DNA of 64,000 nucleotides, from sequence record SRR2962707_1082. One strand, given 5' to 3'. Of the stretch, positions 28,552 through 38,657 are shown one piece after another. A model generated the notes under the pieces. It did not search any database. It was not told the origin of the DNA and saw nothing but the letters and a program-made list of their open reading frames with translations. Numbering within the stretch: the stretch's first letter is position 1; the number at the start of each line of letters is the position of its first letter. Made by a program: the position numbers and the translations under genes.

Positions 28552-30043
28552 AGATGGGCACTTGGCCCATCGGCCAGCGCTCTTTAATTTCGACACGGAA
28601 TATGCCGAAACGCACGGCTTTACCGGCCATTTCGTAGATGACTTTCGGCACGCTCATGATGCGAAATCCCATCAATTGCACGCGGACCATCTGGCCAAAT
28701 AGATCCACTTTTGGATCGTTTACGGTGAATTTTTCCACGAGTGCGCGGGCTTTTTTGTCGCCAATATTATATTGGAAATGGCGCTGGTCATAAAATGGTA
28801 TGATCGTGACATCGGGTCCAAGCGCATAGCCAATTTTTGCCCCTGCCGCCCAGTTGATGACATAGATCGCATCATCATTTTCGATGAAGTCCATGTTGTG
28901 ATGCAATGCGTGCCATGGCGCTAAAGTCCAGCCAACTTCCATGTTTTTGATAAAGCTGAATTGTGCTTGCAGCGCGATTGTTATGGCAAGCAATGGGATG
29001 CCAACAGCGGCAAAATTAAGCGTTGCTGGCATGAGGCGCGGTATGCGCGGATAAATGTCAGCACACCATTTTCCAATCATAGGAAAAGCGAAAAGAAAGC
29101 CGCTCATGGCCCAGTGGGGCAGGGAATGCTGCGAGAAAAGGCTGGAAACCAAGAATATGGCTGCTGGAATAAGAACGATCCAAGCCATGGCTCTTTCTAT
29201 CGGCAGTGCTGCTTTGAACAGCTTTAGTTTGCTCATATAGAGCGCGACAACCCATGTGCCAGGTAATAGATAAAATATCTGGCCAGCAAGCACTTGCAGG
29301 AAGTTTATATAAGCGATGCCATCGGAATTGCCTGCGCGTCTTGATTGGAAGGTAAAAGAGATAAAATCATGCTGCGCATTCCATATGAGGACAGGCAGCA
29401 GGCCAATCGCTGAAATCGCAGCAGCAACCCATGGCGCGGGTGTGCGCAGTAATTTGCGACCCTTGGCCGTCGCACAAAGAAACACCGCCAATGAAAAACC
29501 AAACAAGACGGCTTGATATTTAGAACTCAATGCAATGGCAAGAAAGATGCCAAAGCCGATCCATGCGCGATAGTTTGGCTTGTCGTCTGTCGATAGCAGC
29601 ACAGGCAAAAGGCAGTAAAAAGCAAGCAATAGCGCGAGATTAAGCGGGCCGTCTGGCACCACGAAATGGCCCGACGAGATAAAGAAATAAGGCGCAACCA
29701 GAAACCAGCCAAGCGCCCAATAGGCGGCTTTGTGGTCATAGATGGCGCGCGTAATCACAAAAACGAGCCAAGCGCTGATCGAGCCCATGACAATGAAGGG
29801 CAGGCGAACAAAGAAGATATTTTCTGTTCCGGTCAGCCAAACCATGAAGTGGGCAATGTTGAAGCCCAGCGGTGGGTGGTCGAAATAGGAAAGTGAGATT
29901 TGCCGCGATACGGCGATCGCATAGGTTTCATCAATGGAGGCTGGGAAAAAATATGAGACGATAAGACGCAAAACAACGAACAGGCCGATGAGCTTTATCG
30001 CGCCGCTGTTTGAAGTTGAATCTTGTTTAGCCAGTCCGAGCAT
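28532..30043 (-). CDS. GT39/ArnT-like (PMT_2) glycosyltransferase
   Basis: DETYA, SYFDHPPL, VRLPF, VVPDGPL, LSSKY, PVLIWNAQHDFISFTFQ and LPHW. Confidence 0.85.
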   Translation of the reverse strand: MLGLAKQDSTSNSGAIKLIGLFVVLRLIVSYFFPASIDETYAIAVSRQISLSYFDHPPLGFNIAHFMVWLTGTENIFFVRLPFIVMGSISAWLVFVITRAIYDHKAAYWALGWFLVAPYFFISSGHFVVPDGPLNLALLLAFYCLLPVLLSTDDKPNYRAWIGFGIFLAIALSSKYQAVLFGFSLAVFLCATAKGRKLLRTPAPWVAAAISAIGLLPVLIWNAQHDFISFTFQSRRAGNSDGIAYINFLQVLAGQIFYLLPGTWVVALYMSKLKLFKAALPIERAMAWIVLIPAAIFLVSSLFSQHSLPHWAMSGFLFAFPMIGKWCADIYPRIPRLMPATLNFAAVGIPLLAITIALQAQFSFIKNMEVGWTLAPWHALHHNMDFIENDDAIYVINWAAGAKIGYALGPDVTIIPFYDQRHFQYNIGDKKARALVEKFTVNDPKVDLFGQMVRVQLMGFRIMSVPKVIYEMAGKAVRFGIFRVEIKERWPMGQVPIFRHHAT

Positions 30044-30218
30044 TTTTGTTCAATAGGTTTAACAGCGCATGATGGCAAGGACGCAATGAAAGGCGCACAA
30101 AAAAGACCGGAAAACCGGCTTAGGAAAAGCCCTGTTTGGGTTCATCGGACGAGGTAATCAGCTATGATCGCTTTTTACGTGATTCCGCTTTTCTAACTTA
30201 ATTAGGTTTTTTGCTCAC

Positions 30219-30812
30219 ATGACACAGGCTAAGGACAGCATCGACGCTTCTAAGAGGATATATGCAATTTCTGGCAGCTTGCGCGCGGCCTCTGTCCATT
30301 CTGCTCTCATTCAGGCATTTGCGGCGAATGCGCGAAGTGGTGTTGAGGTTGAAATCTGCGAATTATTGGGGAGTATCCCAATTTTTAATCCTGATTTGGA
30401 AGCTTCAGCGACACCAGAAATTGTCCACGAATTCGCAAATGCAGTTGGTCGGGCCGATGCGCTGATTATTGCTTCTCCTGAATACGCGCATGGTATAGTC
30501 GGCGGCTTGAAGAATGCAATTGACTGGCTCGTTTCTCGACCAGAGCTTGTCGACAAGCCATTTTTACTGGCGCATGTCTATCAACATGATCGCGGCAAAT
30601 ATGCACTCGAAGCGTTGCGGGAAGTTTTGCAAACGGCGTCGATGGTTGAGATGCCCATGGGCGATTTTAGCCTGCCTCTTGTGGGGAAAACGCCGCAAGA
30701 GTTGGCACAAATTTTAAATTCAAAGGACGTTCGTGAAAGTATATCTGCAAATCTAAGTGATATTCACGCGTTTTTATCAGCAAATGAAACTGCCGGCGCG
30801 CGCCGGCAATGA
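30219..30812 (+). CDS. NADPH-dependent FMN reductase
   Basis: ISGSLR and ASPEYAHGIVGGLKNAIDW. Confidence 0.88.
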   Translation: MTQAKDSIDASKRIYAISGSLRAASVHSALIQAFAANARSGVEVEICELLGSIPIFNPDLEASATPEIVHEFANAVGRADALIIASPEYAHGIVGGLKNAIDWLVSRPELVDKPFLLAHVYQHDRGKYALEALREVLQTASMVEMPMGDFSLPLVGKTPQELAQILNSKDVRESISANLSDIHAFLSANETAGARRQ

Positions 30813-31342
30813 CGCTCATTCAAGCCGATGCGTTTTTATTGCGCTTGCCCAAAAGTATTCTAATCGGCAATTGATCGCAGCTGGCCGGAAGAGGGCAGTA
30901 GGATGGTCATGCCTTTGCTTCGGTGATTTGCCAGAGTACGCCCGACGGATCGAAGACAAATGCGATAACCAGACCCCAGGGTTGCAACGCGGGTGGCGTG
31001 GGCGATCTCGCACCGAACTGCGCCGCGACACGTTCTGGGTCGTATTTTTTCCACCATGCATGCGCGTCGGGAACAGTTAGTTGCAGTACGAAGTTATCCG
31101 CCAGTTCCTTCACGTAGAAATTCTGCAGGATGAAGCTATCATCCCTATTGGACATTATGGCTATGCTTGCGTCTGCATATTCGGTGTCGAACCCAATTGC
31201 CTCATAGAACTGCCTCGACCGCTCATGGTCTTGGGAAGGCACAAATGGTCGTAGCATGCGATTACCTCAATGTTCGCGCGTGCCGGCAATGACACTCATT
31301 CAAGCCGATGCGTTTTGATTGTGTTTGCGCAAGATGTATTCT
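30796..31342. repeat. imperfect direct repeat (30796-30861 / 31276-31342, offset 480 bp) flanking the VOC gene
   Basis: About 66 bp with 7 mismatches and 1 indel, including a perfect 22-bp run CTCATTCAAGCCGATGCGTTTT; contains the corrinoid gene 3' end. Confidence 0.9.
30907..31257 (-). CDS. VOC/glyoxalase-bleomycin resistance family protein
   Basis: RPFVPSQD..SRQFYEAIGF, FILQ, QPWG and DPSGVLWQI. Confidence 0.85.
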   Translation of the reverse strand: MLRPFVPSQDHERSRQFYEAIGFDTEYADASIAIMSNRDDSFILQNFYVKELADNFVLQLTVPDAHAWWKKYDPERVAAQFGARSPTPPALQPWGLVIAFVFDPSGVLWQITEAKA

Positions 31343-32001
31343 TTTGCGGTTTCCACAGCGACAGCCGCATCGCGGCAATAGGCGTCTGCGCCAATGGCCG
31401 CGCCAAACTCTTCATTGAGCGGTGCGCCGCCAACCAAAACGATAAAGTCATCGCGGATGCCTTTTTCTTTCATCGTGTCGATCACGACTTTCATGTAAGG
31501 CATTGTGGTTGTGAGCAGGGCGGACATGCCCAGAATATCAGGCTGTTCGCGCTCGATCGCTTCAATGTAGTTTTCAACAGGGTTGTTGATGCCAAGGTCG
31601 ATCACATCAAAGCCAGCGCCTTCCATCATCATGCCGACAAGGTTTTTGCCGATGTCGTGAATGTCGCCTTTAACCGTGCCGATGACCATTTTGCCGAGTT
31701 TCGGCGCGCCGGTTTCAACAAGCAGTGGGCGCAGAATGAACATGCCTGCTTTCATCGCGTTTGCAGAAAGCAAAACCTCTGGCACGAATAGGATGCCATC
31801 GCGGAAGTCTTCACCCACAATGCGCATGCCTTCAACCAATGCTTTGGTCAAAATATCGTATGGGGTCCAGCCACGGGCGAGAAGGATGTCTGTTCCTTCG
31901 GTAATTTCTTCTTTTAGACCATCATAAAGATCGTCGTGCATTTGCTGCACAAGCTCATCGTCAGAGAGTTCAGATAGGATGATTTCATCTTCGTCAGACA
32001 T
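31300..32001 (-). CDS. stand-alone corrinoid (B12-binding) protein, cap + Rossmann domains
   Basis: GTVKGDIHDIGKNLV (DxHxxG), MSALLTTT, VGGAP and FVPEVL. Confidence 0.95.
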   Translation of the reverse strand: MSDEDEIILSELSDDELVQQMHDDLYDGLKEEITEGTDILLARGWTPYDILTKALVEGMRIVGEDFRDGILFVPEVLLSANAMKAGMFILRPLLVETGAPKLGKMVIGTVKGDIHDIGKNLVGMMMEGAGFDVIDLGINNPVENYIEAIEREQPDILGMSALLTTTMPYMKVVIDTMKEKGIRDDFIVLVGGAPLNEEFGAAIGADAYCRDAAVAVETAKEYILRKHNQNASA

Positions 32002-32089
32002 GTTTGGTCTCCGAGCTGCAAATTTGTAGTCTTTTCAAGCTACTATACAATTACAATAGATTGGTAAATTGTTTTGCAACGGTTTTTTC

Positions 32090-32177
32090 GCGACTTTGCG
32101 CATCAGAAATACGACACGCTTGTCATAATGCGCCAAGCCAATTTGCGCCATGTCGCCCTAAAGCTATTTGAAGGCGC
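32090..32177. promoter_or_regulatory. divergent pair of 21-bp-period TGTCGC-type boxes between the corrinoid and MttB genes
   Basis: Minus strand TGTCGT (32116-32111) with AGTCGC (32095-32090); plus strand TGTCGC (32151) with AGGCGC (32172). Confidence 0.5.
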
Positions 32178-32262
32178 GTATGGAGACGTAAAATATGAAT
32201 TTCCAGTGACAATTAAATAGGCATATAATGCTTGAATATTTTCGCTTTTTTGGAGCAACGTC

Positions 32263-33861
32263 ATGGACGAAACCGGCGCAGTAGACGAGACTTTGGGTTT
32301 GGAATCAGGTGAAGGCGCTGCGCCAGCACGTGCCCATGGCAGAGCAGGGCGCGGAGCGGCTGCAAGGCGCGCATCACGCACAGGCGGCGGTCCAGGTGAA
32401 AGCCAAACATTTATCAAGCGCCAAATTCCCGTTTATGAAGTGCTGAATGAAGAGGCGCTTGCGATAATTGAAGCCAATGCTGACCGTGTGCTTGAAGAAA
32501 TTGGCATTGAGTTTCGCGACGACGAAGAAGCGCTTGAAATGTGGCGCGCCGCTGGTGCGCATGTCGATGGGCAGCGGGTTCGCTTTCCAAAGGGTCTTTG
32601 CCGCGAACTTTTAAAAACAGCGCCAAGCCAATTTACGCAACATGCGCGCAATCCAGCGCGTTCGGTTCAAATTGGCGGCGATGCGACTGTATTTGCGCCA
32701 GTTTATGGCCCTCCCTTCGTGCGCGATCTTGATGGTCAGCGCCGCTATGCAACGATTGAAGATTTCCGCAATTTTGTGAAATTGGCCTATATGGCACCCT
32801 CCATCCACCATTCGGGCGGTACGGTTTGTGAGCCTGTCGATGTGCCGGTAAACAAGCGCCATCTTGATATGATTTATTCTCATATCAAATATTCTGACAA
32901 ACCATTTATGGGATCCGTGACCGCGCCAGAACGCGCTGAAGACACGATTGAAATGGTCAAAATTTTGTTTGGCGCGGAATTCGTTGACCAAAACTGCGTG
33001 CTACTCAATTTGATCAATGCCAACTCGCCGATGACATTCGACGATACGATGCTTGGCGCCTTGAAAGTGTATGCGCGCAACAATCAAGCTTGCGTCGTTT
33101 CGCCGTTTATTTTGGCTGGAGCGATGAGCCCTGTCACCATCACGGGAACATTGACGCAAATTTTGGCTGAAGTATTGGCAGGCGCTGCCTTTACGCAGCT
33201 TTGCCGCCCAGGCGCGCCCGTGCTTTTTGGCACGTTCGCGGCCTCTATCTCCATGCAGTCCGGTGCACCAACGTTCGGTACGCCTGAGCCGTCGCTTGTG
33301 TCTTATGGCGCAGCGCAGCTTGCCCGCCGTTTGGGCTTGCCGTTCCGTACCGGTGGTTCCCTATGTGGTTCAAAAGTGCCAGATGCGCAGGCCGCGCATG
33401 AAAGTTCAAATACACTCAATACAACGCTTTTGGCAGGCACAAACTTTGTGCTTCACGCTGCTGGCTGGCTCGAAGGCGGTCTCGTTTCATCTTATGAAAA
33501 ATTCATGATCGATGTGGATCAGCTTGGCGTGATGCAGGCCATGTCGAGGGGCGTTGATATCACTGAAAACGGTCAGGCGATGGACGCGATTGCGGAAGTT
33601 GGCCCCGGTTCGCACTATCTTGGCTGTGCGCATACGCAGAAGAACTTCCAGACAGCGTTTTTCCGCTCAACGGTTGCCGATAATAATTCCTATGAGCAAT
33701 GGCTTGCAGAAGGCGAAATGCGGGTTGAGCAACGCGCCAATAAGCTTTGCCGCCAATGGCTCGAAAAATATGAAGCGCCTGCGCTGGATCCTGAAATTGA
33801 TGAAAAGCTTTTGGCGTACATCAAAGACAAGAAAGATTCTGTGCCTGATGCATTCACCTGA
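32263..33861 (+). CDS. trimethylamine methyltransferase (MttB) family, non-pyrrolysine; probable glycine betaine:corrinoid methyltransferase
   Basis: FAPVYGPPFV, CEPVDVP, SDKPFMGS, NANSP, GAMSPVT, SGAPTFGTPE and HAAGWLEGGL; uninterrupted ORF; divergent from corrinoid gene. Confidence 0.88.
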   Translation: MDETGAVDETLGLESGEGAAPARAHGRAGRGAAARRASRTGGGPGESQTFIKRQIPVYEVLNEEALAIIEANADRVLEEIGIEFRDDEEALEMWRAAGAHVDGQRVRFPKGLCRELLKTAPSQFTQHARNPARSVQIGGDATVFAPVYGPPFVRDLDGQRRYATIEDFRNFVKLAYMAPSIHHSGGTVCEPVDVPVNKRHLDMIYSHIKYSDKPFMGSVTAPERAEDTIEMVKILFGAEFVDQNCVLLNLINANSPMTFDDTMLGALKVYARNNQACVVSPFILAGAMSPVTITGTLTQILAEVLAGAAFTQLCRPGAPVLFGTFAASISMQSGAPTFGTPEPSLVSYGAAQLARRLGLPFRTGGSLCGSKVPDAQAAHESSNTLNTTLLAGTNFVLHAAGWLEGGLVSSYEKFMIDVDQLGVMQAMSRGVDITENGQAMDAIAEVGPGSHYLGCAHTQKNFQTAFFRSTVADNNSYEQWLAEGEMRVEQRANKLCRQWLEKYEAPALDPEIDEKLLAYIKDKKDSVPDAFT

Positions 33862-34049
33862 AATTCTCCCGATTTAGCTAGGGAGACAGGCGGTCAGAAA
33901 CTCATCGGGAATTTGATCCATGATTCTGTCTGGCGGATGAATAAGCCGAGCACTTAAGGCCATCAAAATGTCATGAGTGTTGCTTAAATGCTCTTACGTG
34001 CAGCCTGTCTTTGCGATAGGTGCAGCTTCGACTAAATTTTGAGAATCCC

Positions 34050-35513
34050 ATGACTGCTATAAATGAGACGGAAGTCGCTCCTGATAATGCGGCGCGTGAT
34101 CGCACCGTCATTGCAATCCTATTGGTATCGACGTTTGTTGTGTTTCTAAATGAGACCATCATGAGCGTGGCTTTGCCGCGCCTGATGGTGGCATTTGAAG
34201 CCACAGCAAGCCAAGTGCAATGGCTGACGACAGCGTTTCTGCTGACAATGGCGATTGTTATTCCGGTCACGGGTTTTCTTATTCAGCGCACCAATACGCG
34301 GCCTTTGTTTATTCTGGCGATGAGCCTTTTTAGTCTCGGCACATTGGCGGCTGCGTTGTCGCCAAACCTGACATTTTTGGTGGTTGCCCGTATTGTGCAG
34401 GCGCTTGGCACGGCGATCATGATGCCGCTTTTAATGACAACAGTCATGACATTGGTGCCGCCGCATCGCCGCGGTCCTGTGATGGGCAATATCTCGCTGG
34501 TTCTATCGGTTGCACCAGCCGTTGGCCCCGCCATTTCGGGCATTGTACTGCATTTCTTGCCATGGCCATTTATGTTCTGGTTTGTGCTGCCAGTCGCGCT
34601 TCTAACGCTGTTTTTTGGAAGTCGCACAATCGTCAATGTTACAACGCCGCGCTATGTGCCTGTTGATGTGATCTCGGTCATTTTATCAGCATTTGCTTTT
34701 GGCGGGATTGTCTATGGCTTGTCGAGCTTTGGCGAAGGATCAGAAGTAGAAGGCGTCATCAGCGGTTTTATTCCAATTGGTATTGGCCTTGCTGCAATGG
34801 CGGTTTTTGTGTTGCGTCAATTGGCTTTGCAAAAACGCGATATGCCGCTGCTTGATTTGCGCACGTTTAAATCGCTGAACTTCACCTTCTCAGTTTGTAT
34901 GATGGCGACATCTATGGCGGTGCTGTTCGGTGTGATCATCTTGCTGCCGATTTATATGCAGGATGTTTTGGGCATCGATACGCTCAAAACCGGTCTTTTG
35001 CTGTTGCCTGGCGGATTGTTAATGGGCATTTTGGGCCCTCAAGCGGGTAAGCTATATGAGCGCTTTGGTCCTCGGCGTTTGCTCGTGCCCGGCGCAATGT
35101 TGGTAAGTTCGGTCTTATTTGCGATGACGCAGCTGGGGCCAAATACATGGTGGGTCTATATCTTCATCGGCCATTTGGCGATTAGCATTGGTTTGGCATT
35201 TTTGTTTACGCCGCTGTTTACGGTTGCTTTGTCGTCGGTGCCGCCGCGTATTTATTCGCACGGCAGCGCCATTGTCGGTTCGGTTCAGCAAATCGCAGGC
35301 GCAGCTGGCATTGCCCTATTTATCACAATCATGACATTGCAGATTAAGGCGCAAGGAGCCGTAACAAACGATCCGATTGCCGCTTTGTCATCGGGCATCA
35401 CAGCTGCCTTTATGGTTGGCGCGTTTATCTCTTTGGTCTCTGTATTTACGGCTTGTTTTATCCGCGCACCAGAAGACTTTGATGCGTCAGACGCTGTCGT
35501 TGGTGCCCATTAA
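34050..35513 (+). CDS. DHA2-family (EmrB/LmrB-like) MFS efflux transporter
   Basis: FVVFLNETIMSVALP, QWLTTAFLL, ARIVQALG, APAVGP and PLLDLRTF; about 14 TM helices. Confidence 0.9.
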   Translation: MTAINETEVAPDNAARDRTVIAILLVSTFVVFLNETIMSVALPRLMVAFEATASQVQWLTTAFLLTMAIVIPVTGFLIQRTNTRPLFILAMSLFSLGTLAAALSPNLTFLVVARIVQALGTAIMMPLLMTTVMTLVPPHRRGPVMGNISLVLSVAPAVGPAISGIVLHFLPWPFMFWFVLPVALLTLFFGSRTIVNVTTPRYVPVDVISVILSAFAFGGIVYGLSSFGEGSEVEGVISGFIPIGIGLAAMAVFVLRQLALQKRDMPLLDLRTFKSLNFTFSVCMMATSMAVLFGVIILLPIYMQDVLGIDTLKTGLLLLPGGLLMGILGPQAGKLYERFGPRRLLVPGAMLVSSVLFAMTQLGPNTWWVYIFIGHLAISIGLAFLFTPLFTVALSSVPPRIYSHGSAIVGSVQQIAGAAGIALFITIMTLQIKAQGAVTNDPIAALSSGITAAFMVGAFISLVSVFTACFIRAPEDFDASDAVVGAH

Positions 35514-35541
35514 AAAAGGCCGGTTGCGAACAACCGGCCTT
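35512..35541 (-). terminator. terminator between convergent MFS and rhodanese genes
   Basis: AAGGCCGGTTG-CGAA-CAACCGGCCTT with an A run on the plus strand (U-tract for the minus strand). Confidence 0.8.
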
Positions 35542-35565
35542 CGAAACTCTTCGCTGAGGGGAGAC

Positions 35566-35937
35566 TTAGTCTTCCATTTCGCCGCCAGCGTTTTTCCAAT
35601 CGCCAATGCCGCCAATGTTGCTGACATTTGTATAGCCCATGTCTTTAAGCGTTTTGCCAGCAAGCGCTGCTTGGCCGCCAAGGCCGCAGACAAGATAGAT
35701 TTCTGCGTCTTTTTTCAGCGCAGGATTGTGAAAGTCTGTCGCTGGATCGGCAGCAAATTCGATGAATCCGCGCGGAATGCGTTTTGCGCCTTTAATGGTT
35801 CCCGTCTTTGCAATATCGCCAGAATCGCGCACGTCGATAAAGACGGCGTCGGAATTTAGCTTTGGAATTGCGTGTTCAGCAGGAATGCGCGGAACAACTT
35901 CATTTGCTTGTGCAAGGTAATCTTGTGCTGTGCTCAT
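35566..35937 (-). CDS. single-domain rhodanese-like protein
   Basis: IDVRD, IKGA, IPRG, active-site loop VCGLGGQA and GGIGDWK. Confidence 0.88.
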   Translation of the reverse strand: MSTAQDYLAQANEVVPRIPAEHAIPKLNSDAVFIDVRDSGDIAKTGTIKGAKRIPRGFIEFAADPATDFHNPALKKDAEIYLVCGLGGQAALAGKTLKDMGYTNVSNIGGIGDWKNAGGEMED

Positions 35938-36023
35938 AGTATATTCCTTTGGTTAGGTGCTTGAACCGTTCTTCCCATATATGAATGAAATTAGCCGATA
36001 CTAGGGTAGCATAGCGAATAAAC

Positions 36024-36617
36024 TTACATGGTCACGCCTAGCTTGTCCTCGCCGCGATCCAGAATAACAGGAATGATCAAATCCTCTTCATCTTCTAAAT
36101 GGCGCAGAAGGAGCTTTACCATTTTAGATGTGTGATCAGCATAGGCATCTGCTGCATAACGCGAGGCATCGCGGCCTTTGCTCAATTTTTTAAGCATTGA
36201 GTTGGCCGATTTAGCATTGGCATCTAATGTGTCATGGATGATGTGGTGATCATTATCCAGCAGTTCAAAGCCGCGCTTTAAACCGCGTTCAGCTCTCGTG
36301 AATATCGGAAAATAATGTTCATCTTCAATCTGATGGTGGCCATGCAAATTCTGCAAAAAGAATTGCAGGCGCGGCACAAAGAAACTGGCAAATTGCGGCG
36401 CTTGGACTTTATTCTCGCGGTAATCACCAATTGATTTATTGAGCGTGCCGCCCAATTCGCGAAACATATTGTGCCTTTTGAGCCAGAACTTCGCCATGCT
36501 GCCCAAATTATCATGGGCGCGCCAATCACCGCGCGGGTATTTTTTCAATAGGTATTTTAGATCGTCTGGTAGGCCTTTGCGTTGGCCCAGCAGGAGATTT
36601 TTTGAGTGCTTTTCCAT
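36024..36617 (-). CDS. hemerythrin HHE cation-binding domain protein
   Basis: WLKRHNMFR, LHGHHQIEDEHYFP, LDNDHHIIH and HLEDEEDLIIP. Confidence 0.82.
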   Translation of the reverse strand: MEKHSKNLLLGQRKGLPDDLKYLLKKYPRGDWRAHDNLGSMAKFWLKRHNMFRELGGTLNKSIGDYRENKVQAPQFASFFVPRLQFFLQNLHGHHQIEDEHYFPIFTRAERGLKRGFELLDNDHHIIHDTLDANAKSANSMLKKLSKGRDASRYAADAYADHTSKMVKLLLRHLEDEEDLIIPVILDRGEDKLGVTM

Positions 36618-36705
36618 GGCCCATCCATAAAACAAAACGTTGATTTGGCAAGTTCTAAGTCTTATGCCTGAACCTTAAGATGATTTTATGTTGGAAGGAC
36701 TTTTT

Positions 36706-37815
36706 ATGAAAACGCGTGCAGCTGTTGCTTTTGAAGCGGGCAAACCACTCGAGGTTGTCGAAGTTGATCTTGAGGGTCCAAAGGCAGGCGAAGTGCTCGT
36801 CGAAATTAAAGCCACCGGCATTTGCCATACGGATGAATTTACCCGTTCAGGTGCAGATCCTGAAGGCCTATTTCCGGCGATTCTTGGCCATGAGGGCGCA
36901 GGCGTTGTCGTTGAAGTTGGCCCTGGCGTGAAAGACTTAAAAGTCGGCGACCATGTGATCCCGCTTTACACAGCTGAGTGCCGCGAATGTGAATATTGTC
37001 TCAATCCAAAAACCAATCTTTGCCAAAAAGTCCGCGCGACGCAGGGCAAAGGCGTGATGCCAGACGGCACGAGCCGTTTTTCTTATAAAGGCACGCCGAT
37101 CCTTCACTATATGGGTTGTTCAACATTTTCCAATTACACGGTCTTGCCTGAGGTCTCTTTGGCAAAAGTGCGCAAAGACGCGCCATTTGACAAGATTTGC
37201 TACATTGGCTGCGGTGTCACTACAGGCATTGGCGCGGTGATGTTCACAGCGAAAGTTGAACCTAACTCGACGGCTGTTGTGTTTGGTCTGGGCGGTATTG
37301 GTTTGAACGTTATCCAAGGCCTTCGCATGGTTGGTGCGCGCCAGATTATCGGCGTTGATATGAACCCTGCCAAGGAAGCTGTAGCGCGTCAGTTTGGTAT
37401 GACGGATTTCGTCAACCCGAACGATATCAAAGGCGATTTGACAGGCCATCTTGTTGAGCTTACCGGCGGCGGCGCTGATTACTCATTTGAGTGTATCGGC
37501 AATGTGAACGTGATGCGCACAGCGCTTGAATGTTGCCATAAAGGCTGGGGCGAAAGCATCATCATTGGTGTTGCACCGGCTGGCGCAGAAATTTCAACTC
37601 GTCCGTTCCAATTGGTGACTGGCCGCTCATGGCGCGGTTCTGCCTTTGGCGGTGCGCGTGGCCGCACGGATGTGCCAAAAATCGTTGATATGTATATGGA
37701 AGGGCGCATCGATATCGATAGCCTGATTACGCATACAATGCCGCTTGAAGATATAAACAAGGGCTTTGATTTGATGCATGAAGGCAAATCCATCCGCGGC
37801 GTGGTGCTGTATTAA
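36706..37815 (+). CDS. frmA: S-(hydroxymethyl)glutathione dehydrogenase / class III alcohol dehydrogenase
   Basis: GICHTD, GHEGAG, CRECEYC..NLC and [10 protein letters not shown]. Confidence 0.95.
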   Translation: MKTRAAVAFEAGKPLEVVEVDLEGPKAGEVLVEIKATGICHTDEFTRSGADPEGLFPAILGHEGAGVVVEVGPGVKDLKVGDHVIPLYTAECRECEYCLNPKTNLCQKVRATQGKGVMPDGTSRFSYKGTPILHYMGCSTFSNYTVLPEVSLAKVRKDAPFDKICYIGCGVTTGIGAVMFTAKVEPNSTAVVFGLGGIGLNVIQGLRMVGARQIIGVDMNPAKEAVARQFGMTDFVNPNDIKGDLTGHLVELTGGGADYSFECIGNVNVMRTALECCHKGWGESIIIGVAPAGAEISTRPFQLVTGRSWRGSAFGGARGRTDVPKIVDMYMEGRIDIDSLITHTMPLEDINKGFDLMHEGKSIRGVVLY

Positions 37816-38651
37816 TGGAACTTGTTGAATCGCATGTATCCTTTGGCGGCACATTGTCCGTTCATGACCATGAAAGCGCAACATGCCATTGTGCGATGCG
37901 CTTTGCGGTCTACACACCGCCGCAAGCCAAAAATGGGCCTGTGCCAGTGCTTTGGTATTTGTCCGGCCTGACGTGCAATTGGTCCAATGTCATGGAAAAA
38001 GGCGGTATTATGCGCCTTGCTGCTGAGCATGGGATTATGGTGATTGCGCCCGATACATCGCCGCGCGGCGATGGCGTGGCCAATGATGATGCTTATGATT
38101 TGGGCCAAGGTGCGGGCTTTTACATCAATGCGACTGAAGAGCCATGGGCCAAGCATTTCCAAATGGAAAGCTACATCATGGAAGAATTGCCTGCGCTGAT
38201 CGCGGCTGAATTTGATAAAGCCGATATGAGCCGTCAATCCATTACCGGCCATTCGATGGGCGGTCACGGCGCATTGACATTACACCTTAAAAACCAGGGG
38301 CATTTTAAGTCTGTATCGGCTTTCGCGCCGATTGTTGCGCCGACGCAAGTGCCGTGGGGTCATAAGGCTTTTACGGCCTATATCGGTTCAGATGAGGCGG
38401 CATGGAAAGCGCACGATGCCTGCGAACTTGTTCGCAAATCGCCTTCAGATGTTGAAGTTTTGATAGATCAGGGAACTGGCGATAATTTTCTAGAAGGGCA
38501 GTTGCAGACGCATTTATTTGCAGCCGCTTGTGCAGAAACATCTCAGCACGCTGAGATCAATATGCGCGATGGCTATGACCATTCATATTATTTCATAGCG
38601 AGCTTTATGCCAGACCATATGGCCTGGCACGCTAAAGCGCTTAACGTCTAA
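37815..38651 (+). CDS. fghA: S-formylglutathione hydrolase
   Basis: LSGLTC, PDTSPRG, GAGFY, GHSMGGHGAL and GYDHSYYFI. Confidence 0.95.
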   Translation: MELVESHVSFGGTLSVHDHESATCHCAMRFAVYTPPQAKNGPVPVLWYLSGLTCNWSNVMEKGGIMRLAAEHGIMVIAPDTSPRGDGVANDDAYDLGQGAGFYINATEEPWAKHFQMESYIMEELPALIAAEFDKADMSRQSITGHSMGGHGALTLHLKNQGHFKSVSAFAPIVAPTQVPWGHKAFTAYIGSDEAAWKAHDACELVRKSPSDVEVLIDQGTGDNFLEGQLQTHLFAAACAETSQHAEINMRDGYDHSYYFIASFMPDHMAWHAKALNV

Positions 38652-38657
38652 ATCTAA

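Noticed and set aside
31270-31791. 173-aa plus-strand ORF (also other antisense ORFs such as 44807-45571, 45605-46459, 21319-21912, 8069-8683)
   Set aside because: Shadow ORFs opposite well-supported genes, with no recognisable motifs
32263-33861. Pyrrolysine-containing trimethylamine methyltransferase
   Set aside because: ORF is uninterrupted with no in-frame amber codon, and there are no pyl genes in the window
33873-35565. Possible direct repeat (GCTAGGGAGAC / GCTGAGGGGAGAC) flanking the MFS gene
   Set aside because: Too short and gapped to distinguish from chance
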